A stretch of DNA of 63,895 nt, filler included, from Chiloscyllium plagiosum (taxonomy: Eukaryota), in the NCBI RefSeq assembly GCF_004010195.1. It is 4 parts of one record of this genome, joined end to end, with 100 filler letters (N's around TTAATTAATTAA, not from the genome) between each part and the next. Parts side by side here need not be neighbours in the genome. Positions count along the whole stretch, not along the records: positions 37,412 to 60,171 come from NC_057711.1; positions 60,272 to 63,895 come from NC_057711.1; 2 more parts are not named here. One strand, written 5' to 3'. Positions 51,461-63,249 of the stretch are shown piece by piece. Under the pieces are notes generated by a model. It did no database searches. It worked only from the letters and a program-made list of their open reading frames with translations, and was not told where the DNA came from. Numbering within the stretch: position 1 is the stretch's first letter; every line of letters starts with the position of its first letter. The translations under genes were made by a program, and so were the position numbers.

Positions 51461-51730
51461 TGGATTAGTGGTGCTGGAAGAGCACAGCAATTCAGGCAGC
51501 ATCCGAGGAGCAGTAAAATCGACGTTTCGGGCAAAAGCCCTTCATCATTCCTGATGAAGAGCTTTTGCCCGAAACGTCGATTTGAAGGGCTTTTGCCCGA
51601 AACGTCGATTTGAAGGGCTTTTGCCCGAAACGTCGATTTTGCCTGTCCTCGGATGCTGCCTGAATTGCTGTGCTCTTCCAGCACCACTAATCCAGAATCT
51701 GGTTTCCAGCATCTGCAGTCATTGTTTTTA
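51461..51730. mobile_element. Family-B PLE inverted mini-element containing a tandem array of hammerhead halves
   Basis: 16-bp TSD cttcatctccacttac at 51445-51460 and 51731-51746; 28-bp unit three times at 51555-51638. Confidence 0.9.
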
Positions 51731-51979
51731 CTTCATCTCCACTTACCCACTCACTCCTCATATCCCTTCACTCCCTGCTCAAACATGTTACAAACTTTTG
51801 AACCCCAAAATTACAGACAAAACTAGGCTAATCAGCCAGTATTCCCCCCAACCCCGCTGCCCTACTACCCCCAATCAGTTAGATCAAGGTTAACATAACT
51901 ATTTCAAATTCCTACCAACACTCAATAATCTTTCACCCTCCCTTTGCTCATGAAACATTGATCTCTGCCTTTAAAATAT

Positions 51980-54170
51980 CCATGGCAAATAGGGTTAACG
52001 AGAATCCAAAGGAATTTTATAAATATTAGCAAGTTTTGAGAAGATTTGTAGCTCAGGTTGAAGTTCTGGATGTAGGTTTGCTCACTGAGCTGGAAGGTTG
52101 GTTTTCAAATGTTTCGTCACCATACTAGATAACATCTTCAGTGAGCCTCTGAATGAAGCCAATATTATAAATATATTAAGGACAAAAGGGTAACCAGGGA
52201 TAGAATAGGGCCCCTCAAAGATCAGCAAGGAAGTCTATATGTGAAACTGCAGGAGATGGGGGAGATACTAAATGAGTATTTTGCATCAGTGTTTACTGTG
52301 GAGAAGGACATGGAAGATATAGAATTTAGGGAAATAGATGGTGACATCTTGAAAAATGTTCATGGTATGGTGGAGGAGGTGCTGGATATCATAAAATGCC
52401 ATGAAGGTGGAAAAATTCACAGGACCTGATCAGGTGTACCCTAGAATTCAGTGGGAAGCTAGGGAAGTGATTGCTGAGTTTCTTGCTGAAATACTTGTAT
52501 CATCGATAGTCACAGGTAAGTTGCTGGAAGACTGGAGGTTGGCTAATGTGGTGCCACTGTTTAAGAAAGATGGTAAGGAAAAGCCAGGGAACTATAGACC
52601 ATTGAGCCTGATATCGGTGGTGGGCAAGTTGTTGGAGGGAATCCTGAGGGACAGGATTTACAAGCATTTGGAAAGGCACGTGCTGATTAGGGACAGTCAA
52701 CATGGCTTTGTGAGTGGGAAATCATGTCTCACAAACTTGATTGAGTTTTTTTGAAGAAGTAACAAAGAGGATTGCTGAGGGCAGAGCAGTGGATATGGTC
52801 TATATGGACTTCAAGTAGGCATTTGACAAGGTTCCTCATGGGAGACTGGTTAGCAAGGTTAGATCACATGAAATACAGGGAGAACGGGCGGCACGGTGGC
52901 ACAGTGGTTAGCACTGCTGCCTCACAGCGCCAGAGACCCGGGTTCAATTCCCGCCTCAGGCGACTGACTGTGTGGGTTTGCTCCGGTTTCCTCCCACAGT
53001 CCAAAAATGTGCAGGTTAGGTGAATTGGCCATGCTAAATTGCCCGTAGTGTTAGGGGCAGGGGTAAAAGTAGGGGAATGGTTCTGGGTGGGTTGCGCTTC
53101 GGCGGGTCGGTGTGGACTTGTTGGGCCGAAGGGCCTGTTTCCACACTGTAAGTAATCTAATCTAAACTAGCCATTTGGATACAGAACTGGCTCAAAGGTG
53201 GTGGTGGAGGATTGCTTTTCAGACTCGAGGCCTGTGACCTGTGGTGTACCACAAGGATTGGTGCTAGGTCCATGATTTTTATCATTTATGTAAATAACTT
53301 GGATGTCAACCTAGGAGGGAAAGTTAGTAAGTTTGCAAATGACACCAAAATTGGAGATGTAGTGGACAGTGAAGAAGGTTACCTCAGAGTACAATGGGAT
53401 CTTGATCAGATAGACCAGTGGTCCAAGGAGTGGCAGATGGAGTTGAATTTAGATAAATGTGAGGTGCTGCATTTTGGAAAGGCACAGCACTTAATGGCAA
53501 GGTCCTGAGGATTGTTGCTAAACAAAGAGACGTTGGAGTACAGGTTCATAGTTCATAGTAAAGAAGGCGTTTGGTATGTTTTCCTGTATTGGACAGAGCA
53601 TTGTTTACAGGAGTTGGGAGGTCAAGTTGCGGCTGTACAGGACATTGGTTAGGCCACTATTGGAATATTGCCTGCAATTCTGGTCTCCCTCTTGAAAGCG
53701 TTTAGAAAAGCTTCGCAAGGATGTTGCCAGTGTTGGAGGATTTGAGCTTTAGGGAGAAGCTGACTAGGTTGGGGCTGTTTTCCCAGGAGTGTTGGAGGCT
53801 AAGGGGTAACCTTATAGAGGTTTATAAAACCATGAGGGGCATGGATAGCGTAAATAGACAAGGTCTTTTCCCCAGGGTGGGCAGTCCAGAACGAGAGGGC
53901 ATAGGTTTAGGGTGAGAGGGAAAAGATATAAAAGGCACCTAAGAGGCAATTTTTTCACACAAAGGGCAGTATATGTATGGAATGAGCAAGTGGTGGAGAC
54001 TGATACAATAACAATATTTAAAAGGCATTTAGACGGGTATGTGAAAAGGAAGGATTTGGAGGGATATGGGCCAAGTGCTGGCAAATGGGACTAGATTGGG
54101 TTGGGATATCTAGTGGGCATGGATGAGTTGGACCAAAGAGTCTGTTTCTGTGCTGTACATCTCTATGACT
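51980..54170 (+). mobile_element. CR1 LINE RT region with a nested PLE repeat (about 52028-52160) and HE1 (52885-53165)
   Basis: ORFs 52401-52754 (NYRPLSL, SQHGF), 53212-53508, 53721-53915. Confidence 0.9.
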
Positions 54171-55180
54171 CTGCTTCTGCTGCCTTTACAGGAAGGGAGT
54201 TCCAAATACTCAATAAGACCATAAAATGTAGAAGCAGAAATCAGCCATTCAGCCCATCGAGTCTGCTTCACCATTCAATGAGATCATGGCTGATCTGATA
54301 ATCCTCAACTCCACTTTCCTGCCTTTTCCCCATATCCTTGATTCCATTACTAATTAAAATCAGTCTATCCGAGCCTTGAATATACTGATTGACCCAGCTT
54401 CAATAGCTCTCTGCAGTAATAAATTACACAGGTTCACTAGCTACTGAGGGAAGAAATTCCTCCTCATCTCTGTCTTAAAAGTCCAACCCCTTATTCTGAG
54501 ACCACATCCTCTGGTCCCAGACTTTCCCACAAAAGGAAACAACCTGCCTGCATCGACCCTGTCAAGTCCTTGTTGTTTCAATGGGTTACCTCTCATTCTT
54601 TTAGACTCCAGTGAGTGCAGACTGAATCTACTCAACCTCTCTTCATAAGGTGGTCCCTTCATATGTGGTATCAGCTGAGTGAAATTTTTCTGGACTGTCT
54701 CCAAAGCCACCATATCTCTCCTTAGATAACAGGCCCAAAACTGTTCACAGTATTATAGTTATGGTCTGACTAGTGCCTTGTACAGATACTAGTGAGAAAA
54801 AATTACTTCTCATCTCTATCTTAAATGGACAACACCTTATTTTTGACTGTATAACCCTTAGTTGTAGATTTTTCAACAGCAGGAAACATCATTTCCACAT
54901 GTGCCCTCTCAAGATCCCTTAGGATCTCATGCAACAATCAAATCACCTCTTGCTCTTCCGAACTCCAGCAGATGCAAGCTCAGCCTGCTCAATCGTTCCT
55001 CATAAGACAACCTAATCATATCCAGTTTTGGTTTGGCAACCCTTCTCTGAACTGCTTCCATTGCATTCACAACCTTCCGTAAATAAGGAGACTAATTCTC
55101 TACTCCACATGTGATCCCAACAGTGCCCGGTCTAAGTGAAGCATAACCTCACTTTTGTGTTCAATTCCCTTCTCAAGGTA
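54170..55180 (-). mobile_element. Older CR1 fragments
   Basis: ORF 54441-54713 YEERLSRF...TEMRRNFF. Confidence 0.75.
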
Positions 55181-56246
55181 TTATCAACAATGCGAGCAGG
55201 CAGCACTTCCAAAGGAATAATCTACTTACTAATTTTAAGCAGTCAAGAGGTGAATTACTTGCCGCTGCATTCCGAACCTCTGACCTGTCCTTGTAGCCAT
55301 TGTATTTATATGGCTAGTCCTGTTCAGTTTGTAGGAAATGATAATCTCCAAGATGATGATAGTTAAGGTAACAAACTGAATATTAACAGGTAATGGTTAG
55401 ATAATCATTTCTTACAGATGGTCATTGTCTGGCATTTATGTGGCATGAATGTATTCACCATGGAAGAGTAGTGATTCTTTAGCTGAGGGAGAACACAACT
55501 TGCTCAGGAAATACAACCTTGAGATTTTCCTTTCAATCACTTTTTCAAAAGGACAAATAAGTTTCACCCTGAACAGATGTAGAGAGTTTTCTTTTTAGAA
55601 ATGGTAGAGATCAGATGGACACTTATTCAAAGCAAGCTTTCTTCCAAGCCAACTCGATCTTAGCAGGTCTCCCTCCAACAGCACAAAATTAGGCAAGAAC
55701 CTTGTTTTTGTGGTGGTAACATTTCATATTTCATATTTCTAACTATTGTAAAACTAGTATTTGCATAACACATTTTCTGGGCATCTTAGAGTTAACATTG
55801 AGCTAAACACGTTTCATTTCTGGCATTTAATCAAGGGCAAACATTTAAAAGAACAAAACAGTTTGAAGAGATGATGTCAGCTGATGGCAGAAGTGCTGAT
55901 GGAGACAATTTCACACAGCACTTTGGCACCACTCCAGTTGCAGTTCCAGCCTGAGCTGGCCCCAAGCCCTGTGACCAAATTTCAAGTTGGCTCAACTGTT
56001 GCTTAAACAGGAAAAGCACACACTGAACCTTCCTCCCTTCCAAGAAAAAGTTCATGTGTCAGCTTTTCAAATGTCAACAAGACAGAGTGAAAAGAACTGG
56101 AATTTCAAAAAAAGTCTGCAATTTGTAAATCTGCAAAATGTAGGAAAAACTAAAGATAATTCTTATTTTTATCTAATCTGTTCTTTCTGATTACCTATGT
56201 CTCAGGAGTCTAAATGCTAATCCTATGCTGCTGCAAGCCTGAGTGG

Positions 56247-57628
56247 CACAGCAGGTTAGGCAGCATCCAAGGGGCAGGAGAATCAAAGTTTCAGGCAAGA
56301 GCCCTTCAACAGGACTGAGGCTTAAGAGCCGAGGAGTTGGAGAGATAAATGGAAGGTGATGGGCTGGGGAGAATGTAGCTAAGAGTGCGATATGTAGATG
56401 GAGGTGGGGGTAATGGTGATAGGTCGGAGAGGAGGGTGGAGCGGATAGTGGGAAGGAAGATGGACAGGTAGGACAGGTCATGAGGGCGGTGTCAAATTGG
56501 ATGATTGGATCTGGGATAAGGTGGGGGGAGGGGAAATGAGGATACCAGTGAAATCCACATTGATGCCATGTAGATGGGGGGGTCCCAAGGCAGAAGATGA
56601 GGCATTCTTCCTCCAAGCGTCAGGTGGTTAGGGTGTGGCGATGGAGAAGGCCCAGGGCCTGCATGTCCTTGGTGGAGTGGGAGGGGGATTTGAAATGTTC
56701 AGCCACGGGGTGGTGGGGTTGGTTGGTGTGGGTGTCCCGGATTTGTTCTCTGAAGCACTCTGTGAGTAGGTGCCCTGTCTCTCCAAAGTAGAGGAGACCA
56801 CATCGGGAACAAGGGATACAATAAATGATACATGTGGAAGTGCAGGTAAAACTCTGATGCACGTGGAAGGCTCCCATGAGGACGTTGAATAGTTCATCGA
56901 CTTCACCGACACATTCCACCCTGACCTTAAGTTCACCTGGACCATCTCAATCACCTCCCTCCCCTTCCTGGACCTCTCCATCTCCATCCATTGTGATCTA
57001 CTCAACACAGACATCTTCTACAAACCCACCGACTCCCACAGCTACCTGGACTAACCTCCTTCCACCTGCCTCCTATAAAAATGATATCTCTTATTCTCAA
57101 TTCTCTGCCTCTGCTCCCAGGAAAACCAGTTCTACCAAAGAACACACCAGATGGCCCTCTTCTTCAAAGATGGCAATTCCCCCTTCCACATGGTCGGTGA
57201 TGCCCTCCAGCACATATTCTCTACATCCCACACCTCCGCCCTTGAACTCTACCCCTCCAACCCGCAACAAGGACAGAAACCCCCTGGTCCTCACCTTCCA
57301 CCCCACCAACCTCCGTATAGATCACATCTGCCATTTCCGCCACTTACAAATGGACCCCACCGCCAGAGATATTTTTTCCTCCCCACCCCATCCGCTTTCC
57401 GTAAAAACCATTCCCTCTACAACTCCCTTGTCAAGTACGCCCCGGCTCCATCCCCCTCCAGTTTATCTCTTTACCACCTCGGCTCACAAGCCTCATTCCT
57501 GATGAAGGGCTCCTGCCAGAAACGTTGACTCTCCTGCCCCTTAGATGCTGCCTGACCTGCTGCGCTTTTCCAGCACCACACTCTCGACTCTGATCTCCAG
57601 CATCTGTAGTCCTCACTTTCTCCTAAGA
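56247..57628. mobile_element. Penelope-like element with inverted structure (minus GIY-YIG/repeat, plus RT/repeat)
   Basis: Strand switch near 56876; cctgagtgg flanks at 56238-56246 and 57629-57637; hammerhead at about 57499-57526. Confidence 0.85.
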
Positions 57629-58488
57629 CCTGAGTGGATCCATTCTCCTCTCCTTTGAAGGTGGAAAGAAACTTCATAGGGAGTCAAACTGTCCCGACCT
57701 CCTGTGTTCCTGGTTGAAGCAACAGCCAATAGTCAATTCTCCAAAGCTCCAAACCCACAACCACTTCCATCCAGAAAGACAAGTAGATACATGGGAACAC
57801 CACCCCCTGCAAGTTCCTCTTCAAGCCACTCACCATCCTGACTTGGAAATATATCGCCGTTCCTTCAGTTTCGCTGGGTCAGAATCCTGGAATTCTCTCC
57901 CTAAGGGCATTGTTGGTCAACCTACAGCACATGGACTGCAGCGGGTCAAGAAGGCAGCTCACCCCCACCTTTTCCAGGGGCAATAAGGGGCGGGTAAGAA
58001 ATGCTGGTCCAGTCAGCGACACCCATGTTCCATGAATGAATGAGAAAACAGTCAGGATAAAGTTATCAGTGATCTTCTTTACTTTGATCCTTCATGGCAT
58101 GTGGGCATCACTGTCAAGACATCCATTCAGAATGCTCATCCAAGTTACCAATCTCTAATGGCCCTTGAACTGATCAGTTTGCTTGTGCTTTTCAGAGGGC
58201 AGTTCAGAGTCAGTGACATTGGTGGGGTCTGCAGTCACATGTAGACCAGCAGATATCCCTCCCTAAAGGGCATTAGGTCAGCTCTGAGAGAAACTGCCAA
58301 TGGCCTGGAGCACTGTGCCTCAGCTGGAGAATCTCTGAACCTTCTTGTTTAGCTGCTGGTAACAATAGTCAGTCTGAGGCCACCATTTTCTCCCTGTCTG
58401 CGTTCAGGTGGAGTCCAGTGAGTCTAAAGTCCTGTGATTGATAATGGCTAACACATTAAAGTGCAATGACATGACTGGATACAAACAA

Positions 58489-58675
58489 GGTAAAAACAAT
58501 GACTGCAGATGCTGGAAACCAGATTCTGGATTAGTGGTGCTGGAAGAGCACAGCAATTCAGGCAGCATCCGAGGACAGGCAAAATCGACGTTTTGGGCAA
58601 AAGCCCTTCATCAGGAATAAAGGCAGAGAGCCTGAAGCGTGGAGAGATAAGCTAGAGGAGGAGAAAGTAGCATAA
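58489..58675 (-). mobile_element. Family-B PLE terminal repeat
   Basis: Reverse complement of the 1-152 type sequence; hammerhead near 58587-58614. Confidence 0.8.
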
Positions 58676-58698
58676 GCAAATGTGGCTGTGGTAGCGAC

Positions 58699-60171
58699 TT
58701 TTTTTATATAATATATTTTTATTAAGAAAAAATAGATTTTTAAATATTAGAAATACAAAACAATGCAATTCAAAACAGTACAAAAATAGTGCAAAATTAA
58801 ACCCAAATAATAAAAAAGATTCCCCAACCCACCCTCCTGTATGAATGTATAAACATATAAAATTTTAAAAAAACCTAAACTACAACCCGACAGGCCTGGG
58901 GGGTTTTCTGATATCCAACCTAGCAAGATATTCTTCCTTGCATAGAACATAAGAATATTGAAAAGTTTTTTCTTATGTGCATCTGCAGGAAATACAATGG
59001 GTAGGCCCAAAAGGAGAGAAATATGGTCCTTCTCCAGCCCTACACCTAAAATCTTCTCCATTGGGCTCGCCACAGCGCTCCAATATGTTTGAAGCCTTTC
59101 ACAAGACAATGGGTAAGAGTACCCGTACAGACCTTGCACTTCGGACATGCTGAAGATACCCCTGGTTTGAATTTTGACAAACGGTTTGGGGCTAAGTGGA
59201 CCCAGTCGAGAATCTTCAACTGTAAAGCAAATTGATATCTTCCTTGCATTCTCCCAAATATCCTCCCATGCCTCTGAGAAGACCTCAACACCCAGCTCTC
59301 TTTCTCTCATCTGAGGTGGCATCCCCCCCCAATTGGTGATATAAAGTACTGACAGAGAATGTACTCTTAGCCCTTAGTACCCCTCTTTCTATGTCAGATT
59401 TGCAGGGATCAGTCAAAAGTGTGGTCTTTTTTTGAATAAAATCCCTAACTTGAAAAGCACGAAAGAGGTCTCTGTTAGGTAACTCGTTGTTCCGTACTAA
59501 CTGATCAAAGGACATCATTAAATAAATCACCCATGCAAGATATACCCCTAGCTGCCCAATGTTTAAATCCTGAATCTATCATACCCGGTTGAAAACCCGG
59601 TTTAAATCCTGAATCTATCATACCCACTAAAGGTCTAAACAAAGATGTTTAGCCAATATTACCTTCCCTCTGCCGAATTGCCCTCCATGCTTTAACAGTA
59701 TTGATGACTATTGGGTTATGGCAATATTCCCTAACTGTCCTCACCATGTCCAAAAACAGCAAACTGGTAAGGGGGCACCTTGCCTGGGAGGCTTCGATAT
59801 CTAGCCATATTGAAAGAGGGTCCCCACAAACCCAATCACTCATGTAGGTCAAAAGTGAGCTTCATTGGTAATTTTTAATGTCCGGAAGGTCTACTCCCCC
59901 TAATCTGTGAGGCAACTGCAGTTTAGCTAATTTAATGCGGGGCCGTTTACGGTGCCAGATAAAGGAGCTGAACCAACTGTTCAGTCTCCTGAGTGTTTAT
60001 TGAAAATCAGGGGGAGCATCCGTATAGGGTATAGCAAACGAGGGAGAATATTTATCTTAATAAGCACTATCTGACCCAACCATGAGACTGGAAGTGCCTC
60101 CCATCTTTGGAGATCTTGTTTAATTTTTTCAAATAATTGAGTAAAATTGGCTTTGAACAGCCAATCCAGAA
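58699..60171 (-). mobile_element. Second L1 copy (3' part), same family as 38343-44058
   Basis: WVCGDPLSIWLDIEASQARCPL and CPKCKVCTGTLTH match 42560-43400; T-rich tail at 58699; cut by the contig end. Confidence 0.93.
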
Positions 60172-60271
60172 NNNNNNNNNNNNNNNNNNNNNNNNNNNNN
60201 NNNNNNNNNNNNNNNTTAATTAATTAANNNNNNNNNNNNNNNNNNNNNNNNNNNNNNNNNNNNNNNNNNNN
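60172..60271. other. Artificial contig linker
   Basis: 44 N + TTAATTAATTAA + 44 N. Confidence 0.97.
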
Positions 60272-60590
60272 CTGATGTGTGAGTGCCGAACCAGAGGACA
60301 CAGCTTAAAAATACGGGGTAGACCATTTAGGACAGAGCTCAGGAGAAACTTCTTCACCCAGAGAGTGGTGGCTGTGTGGAATGCTCTGCCCCAGAGGGCA
60401 GTGGAGGCCCACTCTCTGGATTCATTTAAGAAGGAGTTGGATAGAGCCCTCAAAGATAGTGGAATCAAGGGTTATGGAGATAAGGCAGGAACAGGATACT
60501 GATTAGGAATGATCAGCCATGATTATATTGAATGGCGGTGCAGGCTCGAAGGGCTGAATGGCCTACTCCTGCACCTATTGTCTATATTGA
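60272..60590 (+). mobile_element. CR1 3' end
   Basis: ORF 60275-60502 is near-identical to 7661-7890 on the minus strand. Confidence 0.9.
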
Positions 60591-60793
60591 GTGGCAAAGT
60601 AGGCTTGAGGAGCTGGATGGCTTACTTCCAATCTTGGATCATCTGTCCTCCATGACAGAGTATACAGCCTAGATTTTCATGTCCTATTTGAATTAAGGCA
60701 CCTTTGACAATGCAGCATTTTAATAGTCCTGCGCTGGAGTGCCAGCTCAAACAACTTAACCAGTGAACTTTGCTATTTCTTTTTCCATTTCAG

Positions 60794-60924
60794 TAATCCT
60801 CACAAAGTACAGACTTGATGGAAGGAAAGATACTGAGCCTATGGACACAAATTATCTGAAAGAGTCGATGGACTCTGAGAATGATGTGTTTGATGATCCA
60901 AAATTGGAGAAATTGTGGAATAAG
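60794..60924 (+). CDS. LRPAP1: Internal exon of LDL receptor-related protein-associated protein 1 (RAP), equivalent to human exon 3
   Basis: Acceptor tttctttttccatttcAG, donor AAG|GTTGGT; 131 nt, phase 1 to 0; (V)ILTKYRLDGRKD...DVFDDPKLEKLWNK versus human VILAKYGLDGKKD...GLDDPRLEKLWHK. Confidence 0.93.
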
Positions 60925-62014
60925 GTTGGTGGTTGTCTTTAAACGGATATCATTTCTAATTCTGTTTCAGCCAACACACATCTGAAAATTAATCAAAGGA
61001 ATCAAAACAAAAAGAGCAGTTATCACTTCTGTAAAGTAGGTTTGCACACATTTCAGCAAAAGGAATCCAGAATCATCTCTCACTACTTTGACACTTTCAA
61101 TACTTTGCTAAATGGCTAATTCCTAATTCACTGATTTATGTCAGCTCGACCTGTTTGTGGATTAGATAGAATTCAGGGGAGAAGGGATCAAATATTTGAG
61201 CTCTGAAGCAAAGGTCATTGAAACTGTGCCTTTCAATAATGTTAAATCAAACAACTTTACACATACTTGGAAATGGAAGGTCTTCAACCTCAATCTAACT
61301 GTTGTGGTCAATTAGTAAAGTTACACCTTTCTGTGAACCTGACCCATTTACTTCAGAAGCACTGACTTCAGGTCCCCTACCCTGCGGCAGTGTCCTCCGG
61401 CCAATCTTTGTGCCCGTACAAAGTTTCAAAATTCAACACAGGCACAAGCAATTTTTCTAGTAGAATGCTAGGTTGCAGTTTGACCCAACTTGCTGTACTA
61501 GTTCAGTTCAGCTTCATAAATCCGACTAATTAGTTTCATAGGCATGTATGTTCAATTACCTTTTGAGTATGCCTGTGAAATCTGAATTTAGCACTCTTTC
61601 TGGCAGTGCGTTTCAGATATTGACCTTCTTTTTCATCAATCTGTTTGTCTTCCCATCCTCATTCTGTCTCCGTGAGACCAGCACTCCTGTCATTCACCAC
61701 TCTCCAGTCTTCCCCATGATCACAAACCTTTTTCTTTGTCCCACCCACTTTTTGCTGTAAGTGTTACATCTCTCATTTTTCTTAATTCTGGTGCTAGACA
61801 AGTTGAATGTTCTGATTTTTAATTTCTCTGCTCTAATTTTGGTTTGCCAAATATCTTAAATTGTGCCCTCAAGCTAGTTGAAATAATTTTTTCCAAATTG
61901 CTATATCAAAACTCCTCGTAATATTGAATATGTCTGTTAGGTTTGCTATTCACCTTCTTTACTGTAAAGCAACCATACAAAGCTACTCCATTCTCTAAGC
62001 GTATATGAACACCT

Positions 62015-62590
62015 TTAGAACATAGAACAATACAGCACAGAACAGGCCCTTCGGCCCACGATGTTGTGCCGAACATTTGTCCTAGCTTAAGCACCCATCC
62101 ATGTACCTATCCAATTGCCGCTTAAAGGTCACCAAAGATTCTGACTCAACCACTCCCACAGGCAGCGCATTCCATGCCCCCACCACTCTCTGGGTAAAGA
62201 ACCCACCCCTGACATCTCCCCAAACCCTTCCACCCTTCACCTTAAATTTATGTCCCCTTGTAACACTCTGTTGTACCCGGGGAAAAAGCTTCTGACTGTC
62301 TACTCTATCTATTCCTCTGATCATCTTATAAACCTCGATCAAGTCACCCCTCATCCTTCGCCGTTCCAACGAGAAAAAGTCTAGCACTCTCAACCTACCT
62401 GCTTACAAGCTCTATCCACCTGAGTAGCAACTTTCAAAGATCTATGAACATAGACCCCAAGATCCCTCTGTTCCTCCACCTCACTAAGAACCCTACCGTT
62501 AACCCTGTATTCCGCATTCTTGTTTGTCTTTCCAAAATGGACAACCTCACACTTGGCAGGGTTGAACTCCATCTGCCACTCCTCAGCCTT
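62015..62590 (-). mobile_element. CR1 3' portion with internal deletion
   Basis: ORFs 62082-62393 and part of 62390-62707. Confidence 0.88.
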
Positions 62591-62829
62591 TGTACTTGAT
62601 ATCAACTGAAAAGACATCTTTATCCTTCCTAAGGACATGGCGTCCATCCTAACATGTAATGCCCATAACTTTCCATGCTGTTGTGGAGGCCCAACCAGCA
62701 ATTCCAATGATTTGTAAATTTATTTAATATCCCTTTTTAACTAGCTGATAAACTTACTCATCTGCCTTCAAGGATTTGTGAATGTGCACCAATGATGCAC
62801 AGTGACAATATGATGTTGCATGAGTGAAT

Positions 62830-63150
62830 TTTAAAAAATGCACTGCAACATGTCACCAACATTCCTTCGATTGCATCTTCCAAATGCCTCCTGGAATTGA
62901 CAGGGGCAGCCGATACTATGGAATGTAGTTTCTCCAAGCCCCACACCATCCTAATTTGGAAATATGTTGCCGTTAACTACAGTGTCACCATCTCAAAATC
63001 CTGGAATTCCCTCCCGAAAAGCATTATGGGTATCCCTACACGAGAGGGATTACAGCAGTTCAAGAAAGCAGCTCTCAACCACTTTCTTGAGGACATTTAG
63101 AGATGGGCAATAAATGCTGGCCAGCTTGTGATGCCCCGATCCTGTGAGTG
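62830..63150 (+). mobile_element. 3' tail of the CR1/L2-group LINE seen at 17790-19795
   Basis: SKSWNSLP...LQQFKKAA, then gggcaataaatgctggcc. Confidence 0.7.
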
Positions 63151-63249
63151 CCTTTTTAAAGAGAAACACTCTGAGGTTCCCTGTTGTATACTATCATTCA
63201 GATTATACTGCCTTTCTATGTTATTCCATTCAAAGTGCATCATATACCA

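Noticed and set aside
51555..51638. 28-bp hairpin-containing repeats as a CRISPR array
   Set aside because: No spacers, no cas genes, eukaryotic context; the unit is a PLE hammerhead half.
52885..52960. tRNA gene
   Set aside because: A and B boxes are the head of an HE1 SINE, followed by the V-domain and LINE-like tail.
58385..58425. Possible 10-nt exon (ttcAG|GTGGAGTCCA|GTGAGT)
   Set aside because: Too short to support and frame-disrupting; likely chance.
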